This document shows, piece after piece, positions 7,046-14,105 of a stretch of DNA of 14,105 nucleotides. The position numbers and the translations under genes were made by a program. Position 1 is the stretch's first letter. Each line of letters opens with the position of its first letter. The notes below the pieces were generated by a model. It had not been told where the DNA came from and ran no database searches. It saw nothing but the letters and a program-made list of their open reading frames with translations. Source of the DNA: Candidatus Stahliibacteriota bacterium (GTDB lineage: Bacteria > Hydrothermota > Tepidihabitantia > SM23-42); contig SOIY01000336.1 in assembly GCA_004376785.1 (NCBI GenBank), positions 1 through 14,105 on the forward strand, written 5' to 3'.

Positions 7046-7827
7046 CTACAGAAACCATAATTGCAATGAAAAAGAAGCAGGAGAAGATTGTCTGCCTTAC
7101 TGCGTATGATTATCCATGTGCTCGAATTCTTGATGAATCAGGGATTGACATTATTCTGGTTGGGGATTCTGCTGCCAATGTATTTGCTGGAGAAAAGTAT
7201 ACGTTACCGATTACTATGGAAGAAATGCTGTATCATGCTAAGGTTGTTAGCCGCGCAGTAGAGAATGGACTTGTGATTGCTGATATGCCGTTTTTATCAT
7301 ATCAAACTTCAATACGTGATGCGATTTACAATGCAGGTAGATTTTTAAAGGTGGGTGCATGCGGTGTAAAACTTGAGGGAGGGGCTCCAATTGTAGAAAC
7401 AATAAAACGCCTTGTAGATTTGGGGATTCCCGTGATGGGACATATCGGATTGACTCCACAGTCAATCCACAAATTTGGAGGTTATAAATTACAGGGTAAA
7501 ACAGAGGAAGAGGGGGCAAGACTTATTAAGGATGCGGAACTGCTTGAATCTGCAGGTTGCTTTTCACTGGTTCTTGAAAAGATTCCATCCCGACTCGCAA
7601 AGAAGATTACCGAGGCTATTTCAATACCAACGATTGGTATTGGTGCTGGTTCAGACTGTGATGGTCAAATACTGGTTTTACATGATATACTCGGACTCTT
7701 TGAGAATTTCACCCCCAAATTTGTAAAAAAATACGCGCATATTGGCGATGAAATTCGCAGGGCAGTCCACCAATTTAAAGATGAAGTAAAAAAAGGGATT
7801 TACCCTGATGAAAAACATTCGTTTTGA
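7039..7827 (+). CDS. panB: 3-methyl-2-oxobutanoate hydroxymethyltransferase (ketopantoate hydroxymethyltransferase)
   Basis: The 262-aa product has the PanB signature VCLTAYDYP...ILVGDS, plus GGxKxQG and GHIGLTPQS. It overlaps the dNK gene by 7 nt, and the exact start is uncertain (an alternative ATG lies at 7066). Confidence 0.9.
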   Translation: MVTTETIIAMKKKQEKIVCLTAYDYPCARILDESGIDIILVGDSAANVFAGEKYTLPITMEEMLYHAKVVSRAVENGLVIADMPFLSYQTSIRDAIYNAGRFLKVGACGVKLEGGAPIVETIKRLVDLGIPVMGHIGLTPQSIHKFGGYKLQGKTEEEGARLIKDAELLESAGCFSLVLEKIPSRLAKKITEAISIPTIGIGAGSDCDGQILVLHDILGLFENFTPKFVKKYAHIGDEIRRAVHQFKDEVKKGIYPDEKHSF

Positions 7828-7936
7828 GTTTAGAAAATTGCTTTTTAGATTTTCTTAGATCCCTGCACAAATTCTATCGTTTATGAAGAAAAAATAGGTG
7901 TTAATATAAAATAATGAGAAGATCTTTAATTTAATT

Positions 7937-8884
7937 ATGTTGCCTACATTTATCTGGTTTATAATATTTGTAGTAAGTTTATTCGTATTGGTGAGGGCTT
8001 CGGGTTATTTTACAGAGTCTGCCGAGAAAATTGGATTGTATTTTGGCCTTCCTGATTTTATTGTGGGTGTTACAATTGTAGCAATAGGAACTTCATTACC
8101 AGAAATTATTTCGTCAATCTTTGCTGTCTTAAGAAATTCTTCGGAAATAGTGATTGGGAATGTGCTTGGGTCGAATATCACAAACATATTTCTTGTTGTT
8201 GGTCTTGCGGCTATAGTCGGTCGAAAATTAAAGATTAATTATGAGTTGATTCATATAGATCTTCCTTTATTAATGGGTTCGGCTCTTTTTTTGACCGTTA
8301 CTATCTGGGATGGTGCGTTTACATTACCTGAAGCGATTTTGTGTCTTGCAGGTGCCGTTGTTTATTTTTTTCACGCTGTATCAACTAAAAAGAAACGTGC
8401 AGGTATTATAACTAATCAAGGGTTGAAGACAAGAAAAATTGAATGGAAGACTGTAATTATTATGTTCATAAGTGCCTTTTTTATCTTTCTGGGAGGAAGA
8501 TATACTATTGAATCCGTTATTAAACTGTCAGGGGTATTGAATATTGGTAAAGAGATAATAGCGGCAAGTGCTATTGCTCTGGGAACTTCGTTACCTGAAT
8601 TGGTCGTAACTATCATTGCGGCAAGGAGAGGAAGACCTGAAATTGCCATAGGAAATGTATTGGGTTCAAATATATTTAATGCCCTTGCTGTAATGGGAAT
8701 ACCTGCCTTAATAGGGAATCTAACCATCCCACAAAATATACTTACATTTGTTTTGCCCATGATGTTGATTGCATCATTACTATTCTTCTTTATGAGCCAG
8801 GACAAAGAGATTACAAGCTGGGAAGGTTGGTTACTTTTAATTTTTTATGCCTTCTTTATTATGAAGTTATTAAAGCTGTGTTAA
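7937..8884 (+). CDS. CaCA-family cation/calcium exchanger (YrbG-like Na+/Ca2+ exchanger)
   Basis: This polytopic membrane protein has two alpha-repeat signatures, GTSLPEIISS...GNVLGSNI and GTSLPELVVT...GNVLGSNIFN. Confidence 0.85.
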   Translation: MLPTFIWFIIFVVSLFVLVRASGYFTESAEKIGLYFGLPDFIVGVTIVAIGTSLPEIISSIFAVLRNSSEIVIGNVLGSNITNIFLVVGLAAIVGRKLKINYELIHIDLPLLMGSALFLTVTIWDGAFTLPEAILCLAGAVVYFFHAVSTKKKRAGIITNQGLKTRKIEWKTVIIMFISAFFIFLGGRYTIESVIKLSGVLNIGKEIIAASAIALGTSLPELVVTIIAARRGRPEIAIGNVLGSNIFNALAVMGIPALIGNLTIPQNILTFVLPMMLIASLLFFFMSQDKEITSWEGWLLLIFYAFFIMKLLKLC

Positions 8885-8952
8885 TTTGACGGGATGGAGA
8901 ATAAAAACATTGAAATAGTCATACGAGATGCTGAAATGGATGTCAAAGCAAA

Positions 8953-8980
8953 TTGACATTTCCTTCAAATTCCATATAAT
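8953..8980 (+). promoter_or_regulatory. Perfect-consensus sigma70 promoter for queF, TTGACA-N16-TATAAT, then 5 nt to the ATG (predicts a leaderless mRNA)
   Basis: TTGACA at 8953..8958, a 16-nt spacer, TATAAT at 8975..8980, and the ATG at 8986 (a second in-frame ATG at 8989). No Shine-Dalgarno site is possible in this space. Confidence 0.6.
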
Positions 8981-8985
8981 CTGTT

Positions 8986-9387
8986 ATGATGAAATATACT
9001 AAGAAACATGCAATATCGGGCTTAAGAGAAAAGATGCCGAAATTAGAGGTTTTGCCAAATCAATTTAAGAACTATAAAATAACGATTGTGATTCCTGAAT
9101 ACACTTCATTATGCCCGCGTACTGGTTTGCCTGACGATGGGACAATTACCATTGAATATGAACCGGATAATTATTTTGTGGAGTTGAAATCATTAAAATA
9201 TTATATTCTAGCATATCGTAATCTTGGAATATTTTATGAAAATGCGGTCAATCGTATTTTAAAAGATTTTGTTAAAGCGGTAAAACCACAATGGGCGATT
9301 GTTCGAGGTGAATTCAATCCGCGCGGTGGGATTAAATCGATTGTTGAAGCAAAGTTCAGTACAGTTCACCCCGTTAGAAAGTCATAG
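8986..9387 (+). CDS. queF: NADPH-dependent 7-cyano-7-deazaguanine (preQ0) reductase, unimodular type I
   Basis: The catalytic Cys lies in EYTSLCPRTGLPD and the QueF motif is ELKSLKYY. At 133 aa it is the type-I size. Confidence 0.9.
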   Translation: MMKYTKKHAISGLREKMPKLEVLPNQFKNYKITIVIPEYTSLCPRTGLPDDGTITIEYEPDNYFVELKSLKYYILAYRNLGIFYENAVNRILKDFVKAVKPQWAIVRGEFNPRGGIKSIVEAKFSTVHPVRKS

Positions 9388-9403
9388 TAGAATATTAAAA
9401 TCC

Positions 9404-9432
9404 GGTCTCGATTTGTGGGACCAAATATTTCT
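9404..9432 (+). terminator. Candidate intrinsic terminator after queF
   Basis: GGTCTC (9404..9409), a 7-nt loop GATTTGT, then GGGACC (9417..9422). That gives a 6-bp stem with one G-U pair, followed by A/U-rich AAATATTTCT. Confidence 0.3.
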
Positions 9433-9527
9433 AACAAGTTTTGCTGTTATATTTACTGACGCTCCATTGGAGGCCAAAGGTCGATTTTTCTAACGGGGTA
9501 AAGTCCAACCTCGGCAGTATATAGACA

Positions 9528-9555
9528 TTGACAAACATAATAGATTAGATATAAT
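9528..9555 (+). promoter_or_regulatory. Perfect-consensus sigma70 promoter for the TPR gene, TTGACAAACA-N-TATAAT, then 5 nt to the ATG (predicts a leaderless mRNA)
   Basis: TTGACA at 9528..9533, a 16-nt spacer, TATAAT at 9550..9555, and the ATG at 9561. It shares the extended -35 sequence TTGACAAACA with the promoter at 14066. Confidence 0.6.
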
Positions 9556-9560
9556 AGCGC

Positions 9561-10265
9561 ATGGATCTGGAGACAAAGAAGATTTACGCTGAAGCGCTCG
9601 AAATGTATGAAAAGGGAGATACCAAAAAGTCGATAGAGAGATTAATAAAAATTATTAACCTTTATCCTGATTACCCTGATGTTCATAATGCCCTTGGTTT
9701 TGCATATTCACTTGCTGGAAATTATGAAGCGGCGATAGATAGTTTTAAAAAAGCGACAGAGTTAAACCCTGAATATATTGAGGCATATGTGAATATGGCA
9801 ATAATATACAATGAACAGTGCCAGTTTGAGGAGGCAATTATGGCGTTTGAGAAAGCTGCAAGTCTTGAGACAAGAATAAAGGGGTTCTCACCTCAACTGA
9901 AGGCGCAACTTGCTAACACCTATACACAATTGGGTGATACTTATTATGAGTTGCAAGATTATCAAAAGGCGAAGGAGGAATACCAAAGGGCAGTGAATCT
10001 TGGTCCTACTTTTATTGATAAAAAACTAAAATTGGCAAAGGCACACCTTCAATTATCCGAATACAAGAATGCCGAAGAATTGCTCTTTGATATTTTAAAA
10101 CGAAACGGAAAATATCTAATAGCAAAGACTATTTTAGGTCTTTGTTATTATCGACAGCAGAAATTTGTTGATGCCAAAAAACAGTGGCAGGAAGTTTTGG
10201 AAATTGATCCAGTTAATATCAAGGCGAAATCGTATTTAAATATGTTGAAGGAGAAAATAAAATGA
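9561..10265 (+). CDS. Tetratricopeptide-repeat (TPR) protein
   Basis: The 234-aa product holds several 34-residue TPR units (for example AxxxLGxAYxxxGNYEEAIxxFxKAxELNPEY) and has no signal peptide. Confidence 0.75.
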   Translation: MDLETKKIYAEALEMYEKGDTKKSIERLIKIINLYPDYPDVHNALGFAYSLAGNYEAAIDSFKKATELNPEYIEAYVNMAIIYNEQCQFEEAIMAFEKAASLETRIKGFSPQLKAQLANTYTQLGDTYYELQDYQKAKEEYQRAVNLGPTFIDKKLKLAKAHLQLSEYKNAEELLFDILKRNGKYLIAKTILGLCYYRQQKFVDAKKQWQEVLEIDPVNIKAKSYLNMLKEKIK

Positions 10266-10639
10266 CAAAAAGAATGAAGAGGTTAGAACTAAAGCAGTTT
10301 GGAAAAAGGTTGATTGAGGAAAGGAAAAAACTTCTAAAAGAACTAGAGTACGAAGGTGAGCAAATAGCAAAAACACAGGTTGAAACGTCTGGTGATCTTT
10401 CTGCCTATTCCAATCATATGGCAGATCAGGGTACTGAGACAGAAAGGCGGGAAGTAACTTCTCAAATTCTTTCATCGCGCAGTGAAGCACTTTCTGAGAT
10501 AGATCTGGCTTTGCGAAAAATCAATCAAGATAAGTATGGATTTTGCGAAAATTGTAATAAAGCAATAGGTAAAAGACGACTAAAGTTTTTACCTCAGGCA
10601 AGATTGTGTATTAAATGCTCCAAGGAATTGAAGAGATAA
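10262..10639 (+). CDS. DksA/TraR-family C4-type zinc-finger protein
   Basis: The C-terminus CENCNKAIGKRRLKFLPQARLCIKC is a CxxC-x17-CxxC finger typical of the DksA/TraR/YteA family, and the N-terminus is coiled coil. AAGGAG at 10248..10253 sits 8 nt before the ATG, and the gene overlaps the TPR stop codon by 4 nt. Confidence 0.75.
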   Translation: MTKRMKRLELKQFGKRLIEERKKLLKELEYEGEQIAKTQVETSGDLSAYSNHMADQGTETERREVTSQILSSRSEALSEIDLALRKINQDKYGFCENCNKAIGKRRLKFLPQARLCIKCSKELKR

Positions 10640-10665
10640 CTGTACAGTAACCATCATTTAATTCA

Positions 10666-11154
10666 ATGATTTTCAAAAGGCATATAAAACTTCTTGTAAT
10701 ATTTATTATAGGAACGTTTTTAATTGATCAAATCTCAAAGATATTAATAGTAAATTTCTTAACACCACTTGATCCTCCTGTTGTGAATGTAATAAGTTCC
10801 TTGTTGCGTTTTAAACTTACATATAACCCCTATGGTGTTTTCAGTATTTCACTCGGACCAAATATTTTGTACTATATTTTTTCGATTATTGGTATCTTCA
10901 TTTTGATTTATATCGGTTTATCGCTGAAGGATAAAACAAGCGTAGTAGTATTCGGTATTATTATTGGTGGAGCACTTGGCAACATTTTTGACCGTCTAAG
11001 GTTAGATTATGTAATAGATTTTATAGATATGGGAATAGGTAATTTACGTTGGTTTACGTATAATTTTGCAGACGCATGTATTACGGTAGGAGCAATATTT
11101 CTCCTCATGCGAGGACTATTTAGCAAGAAGAAGAAAGACACGGAAACGACATAA
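10666..11154 (+). CDS. lspA: Lipoprotein signal peptidase (signal peptidase II, peptidase A8)
   Basis: It has four transmembrane segments and the conserved LspA blocks: LTYNPYGVFSISLG, GGALGNIFDRL, VIDFID and the FNxAD-type motif YNFADACITVG. Confidence 0.85.
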   Translation: MIFKRHIKLLVIFIIGTFLIDQISKILIVNFLTPLDPPVVNVISSLLRFKLTYNPYGVFSISLGPNILYYIFSIIGIFILIYIGLSLKDKTSVVVFGIIIGGALGNIFDRLRLDYVIDFIDMGIGNLRWFTYNFADACITVGAIFLLMRGLFSKKKKDTETT

Positions 11155-11169
11155 AATTTTGTATAAAAT

Positions 11170-13269
11170 TCACATTCCAAGCAGCTTTTTATATATTATC
11201 CTACGGTTCAATATAGACTTCACATAATTTCTTGTCTCATTGTAGGGAATTAACTCGATAAATTCGTCAATCTCGTAATTGGGATCTTGTTTTATCCATT
11301 TTTTCGCACGCACTGGCCCGGCATTGTACCCGGCCAGGGATAATGGTACGGAATTGAAATCATTTAATAGTTTTGAAAAATAATAACAGCCAAATCTAAT
11401 AGATACTTTTGGATCGTCAAGTGAATAGGATTGAACATCTAAGTCGCTCGCAATGGTTTTTGCCGTTGGTGGTATGATTTGCATTAATCCTTTTGCATTG
11501 GCTGGAGATAATGCCTCTGGGTCGAACAGACTTTCCTGCCAGATCATTGCGAGACATAAACTCAATTCAATCTGCTGGTCTGTAATACTAAATGCATAGC
11601 GTATCGGATACATCAATTTAAATAAATCAATGGGCATTTTCTCTATGCTATTTTTCTTTGCTAACTTTTTTAATCTTAAGCCATAGATGATGGATTGTCT
11701 ATCTGCGCCATACTGTGCACAGAGTTTGCTCAGGTAGAGAAGGTCTTGAGGACTCTTATCCTCAATTATGCCCAGTTCTTTTATTGCGTAATCTACTTCA
11801 TTTAAGTTAAAATATCTTATTGCGTTTTTAAGATGCAATGAATCATCATGACCGAATGAAATCAAACTGTCTCCCAATTGTCTTACCCAAATCTCCAGGG
11901 AAGTGGCATCAAAAACAATTTGTTCATTGTTTCTGACAAGTGTATAATATGATAGAGGGTATGTGCTCAAAAGATAATCCTTTAGGCCTTCAGTCGGTTT
12001 ACCCAATCTCTCTCCAATTCTTGTTCGCCAGTAAACAAACTCAGGTTCATTACTTGCCATTAAGATTGTATCTGCTTTATTTAATTTACCAACCCGAAAT
12101 AATTGCATTGCTGCTCTAAACTTTGTATTCTTTTCGTTAATCTTTAAGAATGTTTCCACTGCTTTTAAAGTATCACCAATATCTTCCAGCAGAAATGCCT
12201 TACGTTTATACCCGCGTTTTGCGTATTTTGAATCTTTGTAGAATGTATATAATGAGTCATACACTACTATTGCCCTGCTGAATAAATTTAGATTTTCATA
12301 AATCCTTCCGCGGTAATAGTATGCTGCTGACCAATTGCTGCGTGAAAAATATTTCAGGGATTCAGAATAATTCTTTTTGCTATAGTAGATTCTACCCATA
12401 TAGTAATTAACCGCATTATCAGAAGTCGATTTTTTGAAGTGTTTGATAGCATTGCTGTAATCACCATGGTAATAATACACCTTACCGAGTGATTTGCGGT
12501 CTGATTTGGTTTTTGGTTTTATCAAGTGCAAGGAATAGTATGCACCTTCAGACTCTGGATATTTTTTTACTAACTTCCACGCGGTCTTTTTTATATTTTT
12601 TTTATCTTTTCTGCTTTCATATATCTTAAGCAATATATATTCTTTTAAATGCGGTTCTTTTAATTTTTTAACCTCTTTTTGGACCATGCTGAAATCTTCA
12701 AAATTTAGAAAAATATTAAATAAGAGCTCTTGATAATTTGAATAGAGATAAGTACTGACTGTATCAATGGTTATCAACATCTCCAGGGCGTTTTCAAAAT
12801 CATTCAAATTTTGGTAGACTTTTGCCAAATATATTACTCTATAATCTTCTGGCTGTGCGGGCTTTGATAAAAATTCTATTGCCTGAGTATATTCATTGAG
12901 ATGGTAATAGGCGATTCCTTTTAACAAATCATCTGTGGTTCTTTCGACAAGCATATCCCATCTTTTTGTTTTTAGTAAGATGATATTGGTTTCATACTGG
13001 GTTAAATCTACTGACCAGTTAATACTATCCAACAAAGCTGCAGCACGTTCGTGTTCACGTTGATCAATATAGATTTTGGTTAGGATTTTAGACCGCTCAT
13101 ACATATATTTCATGTTTGTTACAGAATCATTCAACAAATTATATGCATAAATGGGATTATTTTTGTAATTGCGCAGTGCCTCTTTTAAAAAATCAGGTTC
13201 AGATACCTTGTTTAATCCGGGTCTTGGACATGAGATGATTAGGAATATTACAAAAAATATCCGCTTCAT
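11170..13269 (-). CDS. slt: Soluble lytic transglycosylase (Slt family, GH23 domain), predicted to be a lipoprotein
   Basis: The C-terminal SLT domain is ESLFDPEALSPANAKGLMQIIPPTA...AGYNAGP, with the catalytic Glu in the ES motif. The N-terminal two-thirds look like the Slt70 TPR-like superhelix. The N-terminus MKRIFFVIFLIISC has a lipobox (IISC). Confidence 0.85.
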   Translation of the reverse strand: MKRIFFVIFLIISCPRPGLNKVSEPDFLKEALRNYKNNPIYAYNLLNDSVTNMKYMYERSKILTKIYIDQREHERAAALLDSINWSVDLTQYETNIILLKTKRWDMLVERTTDDLLKGIAYYHLNEYTQAIEFLSKPAQPEDYRVIYLAKVYQNLNDFENALEMLITIDTVSTYLYSNYQELLFNIFLNFEDFSMVQKEVKKLKEPHLKEYILLKIYESRKDKKNIKKTAWKLVKKYPESEGAYYSLHLIKPKTKSDRKSLGKVYYYHGDYSNAIKHFKKSTSDNAVNYYMGRIYYSKKNYSESLKYFSRSNWSAAYYYRGRIYENLNLFSRAIVVYDSLYTFYKDSKYAKRGYKRKAFLLEDIGDTLKAVETFLKINEKNTKFRAAMQLFRVGKLNKADTILMASNEPEFVYWRTRIGERLGKPTEGLKDYLLSTYPLSYYTLVRNNEQIVFDATSLEIWVRQLGDSLISFGHDDSLHLKNAIRYFNLNEVDYAIKELGIIEDKSPQDLLYLSKLCAQYGADRQSIIYGLRLKKLAKKNSIEKMPIDLFKLMYPIRYAFSITDQQIELSLCLAMIWQESLFDPEALSPANAKGLMQIIPPTAKTIASDLDVQSYSLDDPKVSIRFGCYYFSKLLNDFNSVPLSLAGYNAGPVRAKKWIKQDPNYEIDEFIELIPYNETRNYVKSILNRRIIYKKLLGM

Positions 13270-13276
13270 ATATTAC

Positions 13277-13304
13277 ATTTTAGTCAGAAATAAAAATTCG
13301 TCAA
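13277..13304 (-). promoter_or_regulatory. Sigma70-type promoter for slt, geometry -35, 16 nt, -10, 7 nt, ATG (predicts a leaderless mRNA)
   Basis: On the minus strand, TTGACG (plus 13299..13304) is followed by a 16-nt spacer and TAAAAT (plus 13277..13282), then 7 nt to the ATG at 13269. Confidence 0.45.
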
Positions 13305-13317
13305 GAGGGGATTAAAT

Positions 13318-13424
13318 GCAGTATCGTTCGCCTAAGGCGAACTCGCCCCGTTAAATAATATTTTAGTGAACAAATAATTTTATCTCTATGCATGTATTTA
13401 ACGGGGCGAGCGTAGCGATACTGC
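13318..13424. repeat. A 107-bp imperfect palindrome (outer arms about 25 bp, AT-rich core of about 37 nt) with a nested perfect hairpin
   Basis: The left arm GCAGTATCG[ttcgcctaaggcgaa]CTCGCCCCGTTAAATA (13318..13357) pairs with the right arm TATTTAACGGGGCGAG[cgtag]CGATACTGC (13395..13424). The insert in the left arm is itself the hairpin TTCGCC-TAA-GGCGAA. The element lies between the ndk stop codon (13435) and the slt promoter. Confidence 0.7.
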
Positions 13425-13434
13425 CTGTATATCG

Positions 13435-13854
13435 TTAGTATTCGAACAGTTCTTTCTCGTTAAAGAAAAATTTTATCTCTCTTTCCGGATCTTCATCTGG
13501 TGCAGAGGCGTGAACAACATTCTCGCCTACAGACGTTCCATAGAGATTTCTGACAGTACCCTGACCTGCTTTTTTGGGATCTGTAGCACCAACGACTTCG
13601 CGTAGTTTCTTGGGTCCTTCAGGATGTTCGAGACAGCAGGCAACAATCGGACCGGATGATATAAAGTCGACAAGCCAGTCATAAAAATCTTTTCCTTTAT
13701 GGATTGCGTAGAATTTTCCACCCTGTTCTCTGGTGAGCCATACCATTTTCATGCCAGGCATTTTAAATCCGGCATCAAGGATTTGTTTCAAAATATTGCC
13801 GATCAAATTTCTCTTCACGGCATCGGGTTTAATGATTAATAATGTTCTATTCAT
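13435..13854 (-). CDS. ndk: Nucleoside diphosphate kinase
   Basis: The 139-aa product has the N-terminal NRTLLIIKPDAV motif, GTVRNLYGTS, and the active-site His in NVVHAS. Confidence 0.9.
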   Translation of the reverse strand: MNRTLLIIKPDAVKRNLIGNILKQILDAGFKMPGMKMVWLTREQGGKFYAIHKGKDFYDWLVDFISSGPIVACCLEHPEGPKKLREVVGATDPKKAGQGTVRNLYGTSVGENVVHASAPDEDPEREIKFFFNEKELFEY

Positions 13855-13861
13855 GGTTGTG

Positions 13862-13889
13862 AGTATATATAAATTTAAAAATTTGTCAA
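13862..13889 (-). promoter_or_regulatory. Sigma70-type promoter for ndk, geometry -35, 16 nt, -10, 7 nt, ATG (predicts a leaderless mRNA)
   Basis: On the minus strand, TTGACA (plus 13884..13889) is followed by a 16-nt spacer and TATACT (plus 13862..13867), then 7 nt to the ATG at 13854. Confidence 0.5.
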
Positions 13890-14065
13890 CCGATACACAG
13901 CAAGAAATTGAATACCTTAGACGATAATGGTTTGCAATTAATCGTTACAAACCTCAAGGAATATTTCAACTTACTTAGTCTCATTGGCGGACACGCATAG
14001 GTAGACCAAAAAAACTGCTACTAATAAGATAAACTCACTTCATTTTGAGTTCTCTTGTAAATGAT

Positions 14066-14093
14066 TTGACAAACAAGGATATTTCATTATAAT
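14066..14093 (+). promoter_or_regulatory. Perfect-consensus sigma70 promoter, TTGACAAACA-N-TATAAT, then 5 nt to an ATG at 14099, for an unannotated plus-strand gene that runs off the window
   Basis: TTGACA at 14066..14071, a 16-nt spacer, TATAAT at 14088..14093, and the ATG at 14099..14101. The geometry and extended -35 are identical to the TPR promoter at 9528. Confidence 0.5.
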
Positions 14094-14105
14094 GATACAT
14101 GCTCA

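Noticed and set aside
8894-8956. A 20-codon ORF (MENKNIEIVIRDAEMDVKAN) upstream of queF that ends inside the queF -35 hexamer
   Set aside because: It has no Shine-Dalgarno site and no promoter of the local type upstream, and no features of a leader peptide (no relevant codon runs, no downstream attenuator). It is most likely a chance ORF in AT-rich DNA.
8885-8985. Possible preQ1 riboswitch upstream of queF
   Set aside because: The promoter -10 ends 5 nt before the ATG, leaving no 5' UTR to hold an aptamer, and no preQ1-I or preQ1-II consensus is visible.
11153-11170. AAAATTTTGTATAAAATT palindrome between the convergent lspA and slt genes as a bidirectional terminator
   Set aside because: The stem is only 6 bp and entirely A/U, so it is too weak to call a terminator. 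It is noted only as context.
13350-13402. GTTAAAT ... ATTTAAC inside the 107-bp palindrome matches the integron attC core (GTTRRRY) and inverse-core (RYYYAAC) consensus sequences
   Set aside because: The motifs sit at the loop-proximal inner ends of the stem, not at the outer R''/R' positions of an attC site. Any palindrome containing GTTAAAT necessarily contains its complement. No integrase or cassette organisation is present.
1-14105. Mobile elements, CRISPR arrays, tRNA and rRNA genes, and defence-system gene sets
   Set aside because: There are no transposase, integrase or recombinase ORFs, no repeat-spacer arrays, no cloverleaf-compatible tRNA-like segments and no recognisable defence-system genes. 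Gene content and tight operon packing indicate core chromosome.

Overview
This is a 14.1 kb, low-GC (about 35-37%) chromosomal segment from a bacterium that uses sigma70-type promoters, probably an uncultivated lineage. All 17 confident CDSs have housekeeping functions; I saw no transposase, integrase, CRISPR array, tRNA or rRNA. The left half is one long minus-strand operon, 4664 down to 60, with its own -35/-10 promoter and a Shine-Dalgarno leader. Its gene order is SPFH/stomatin-like protein, archaemetzincin-type (M54) zinc protease, class-V aminotransferase, GGDEF diguanylate cyclase, DivIVA, purine nucleoside phosphorylase. The right half is a set of plus-strand units, then a convergent lipoprotein Slt-family lytic transglycosylase and a separately promoted ndk on the minus strand. 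The plus-strand units are a GHL10-like hydrolase, folK-dNK-panB, a CaCA exchanger, queF, and a TPR protein with a DksA/TraR zinc-finger protein and lspA. The most distinctive signal is a repeated promoter geometry: a near-consensus TTGACA, a 16-nt spacer, a TATAAT-like hexamer and then the ATG only 5-7 nt later. It occurs at seven gene starts: GHL10, folK, queF, TPR, slt, ndk and an unannotated gene beginning at 14099 that runs off the window. This predicts widespread leaderless mRNAs, whereas genes internal to operons carry AAGGAGG Shine-Dalgarno sites. Other notable items are an SPFH-archaemetzincin gene pair, a truncated array of at least 7 exact-period 8-bp repeats (CTGATNYY) just 3' of punA whose transcribed strand reads as repeated AUCAGGA/AUCAGGG motifs, a 107-bp imperfect palindrome with a nested hairpin between ndk and slt, and A8/A9 homopolymer tracts around the overlapping divIVA stop and punA start. 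I found nothing I can defend as a new multi-gene system beyond these.
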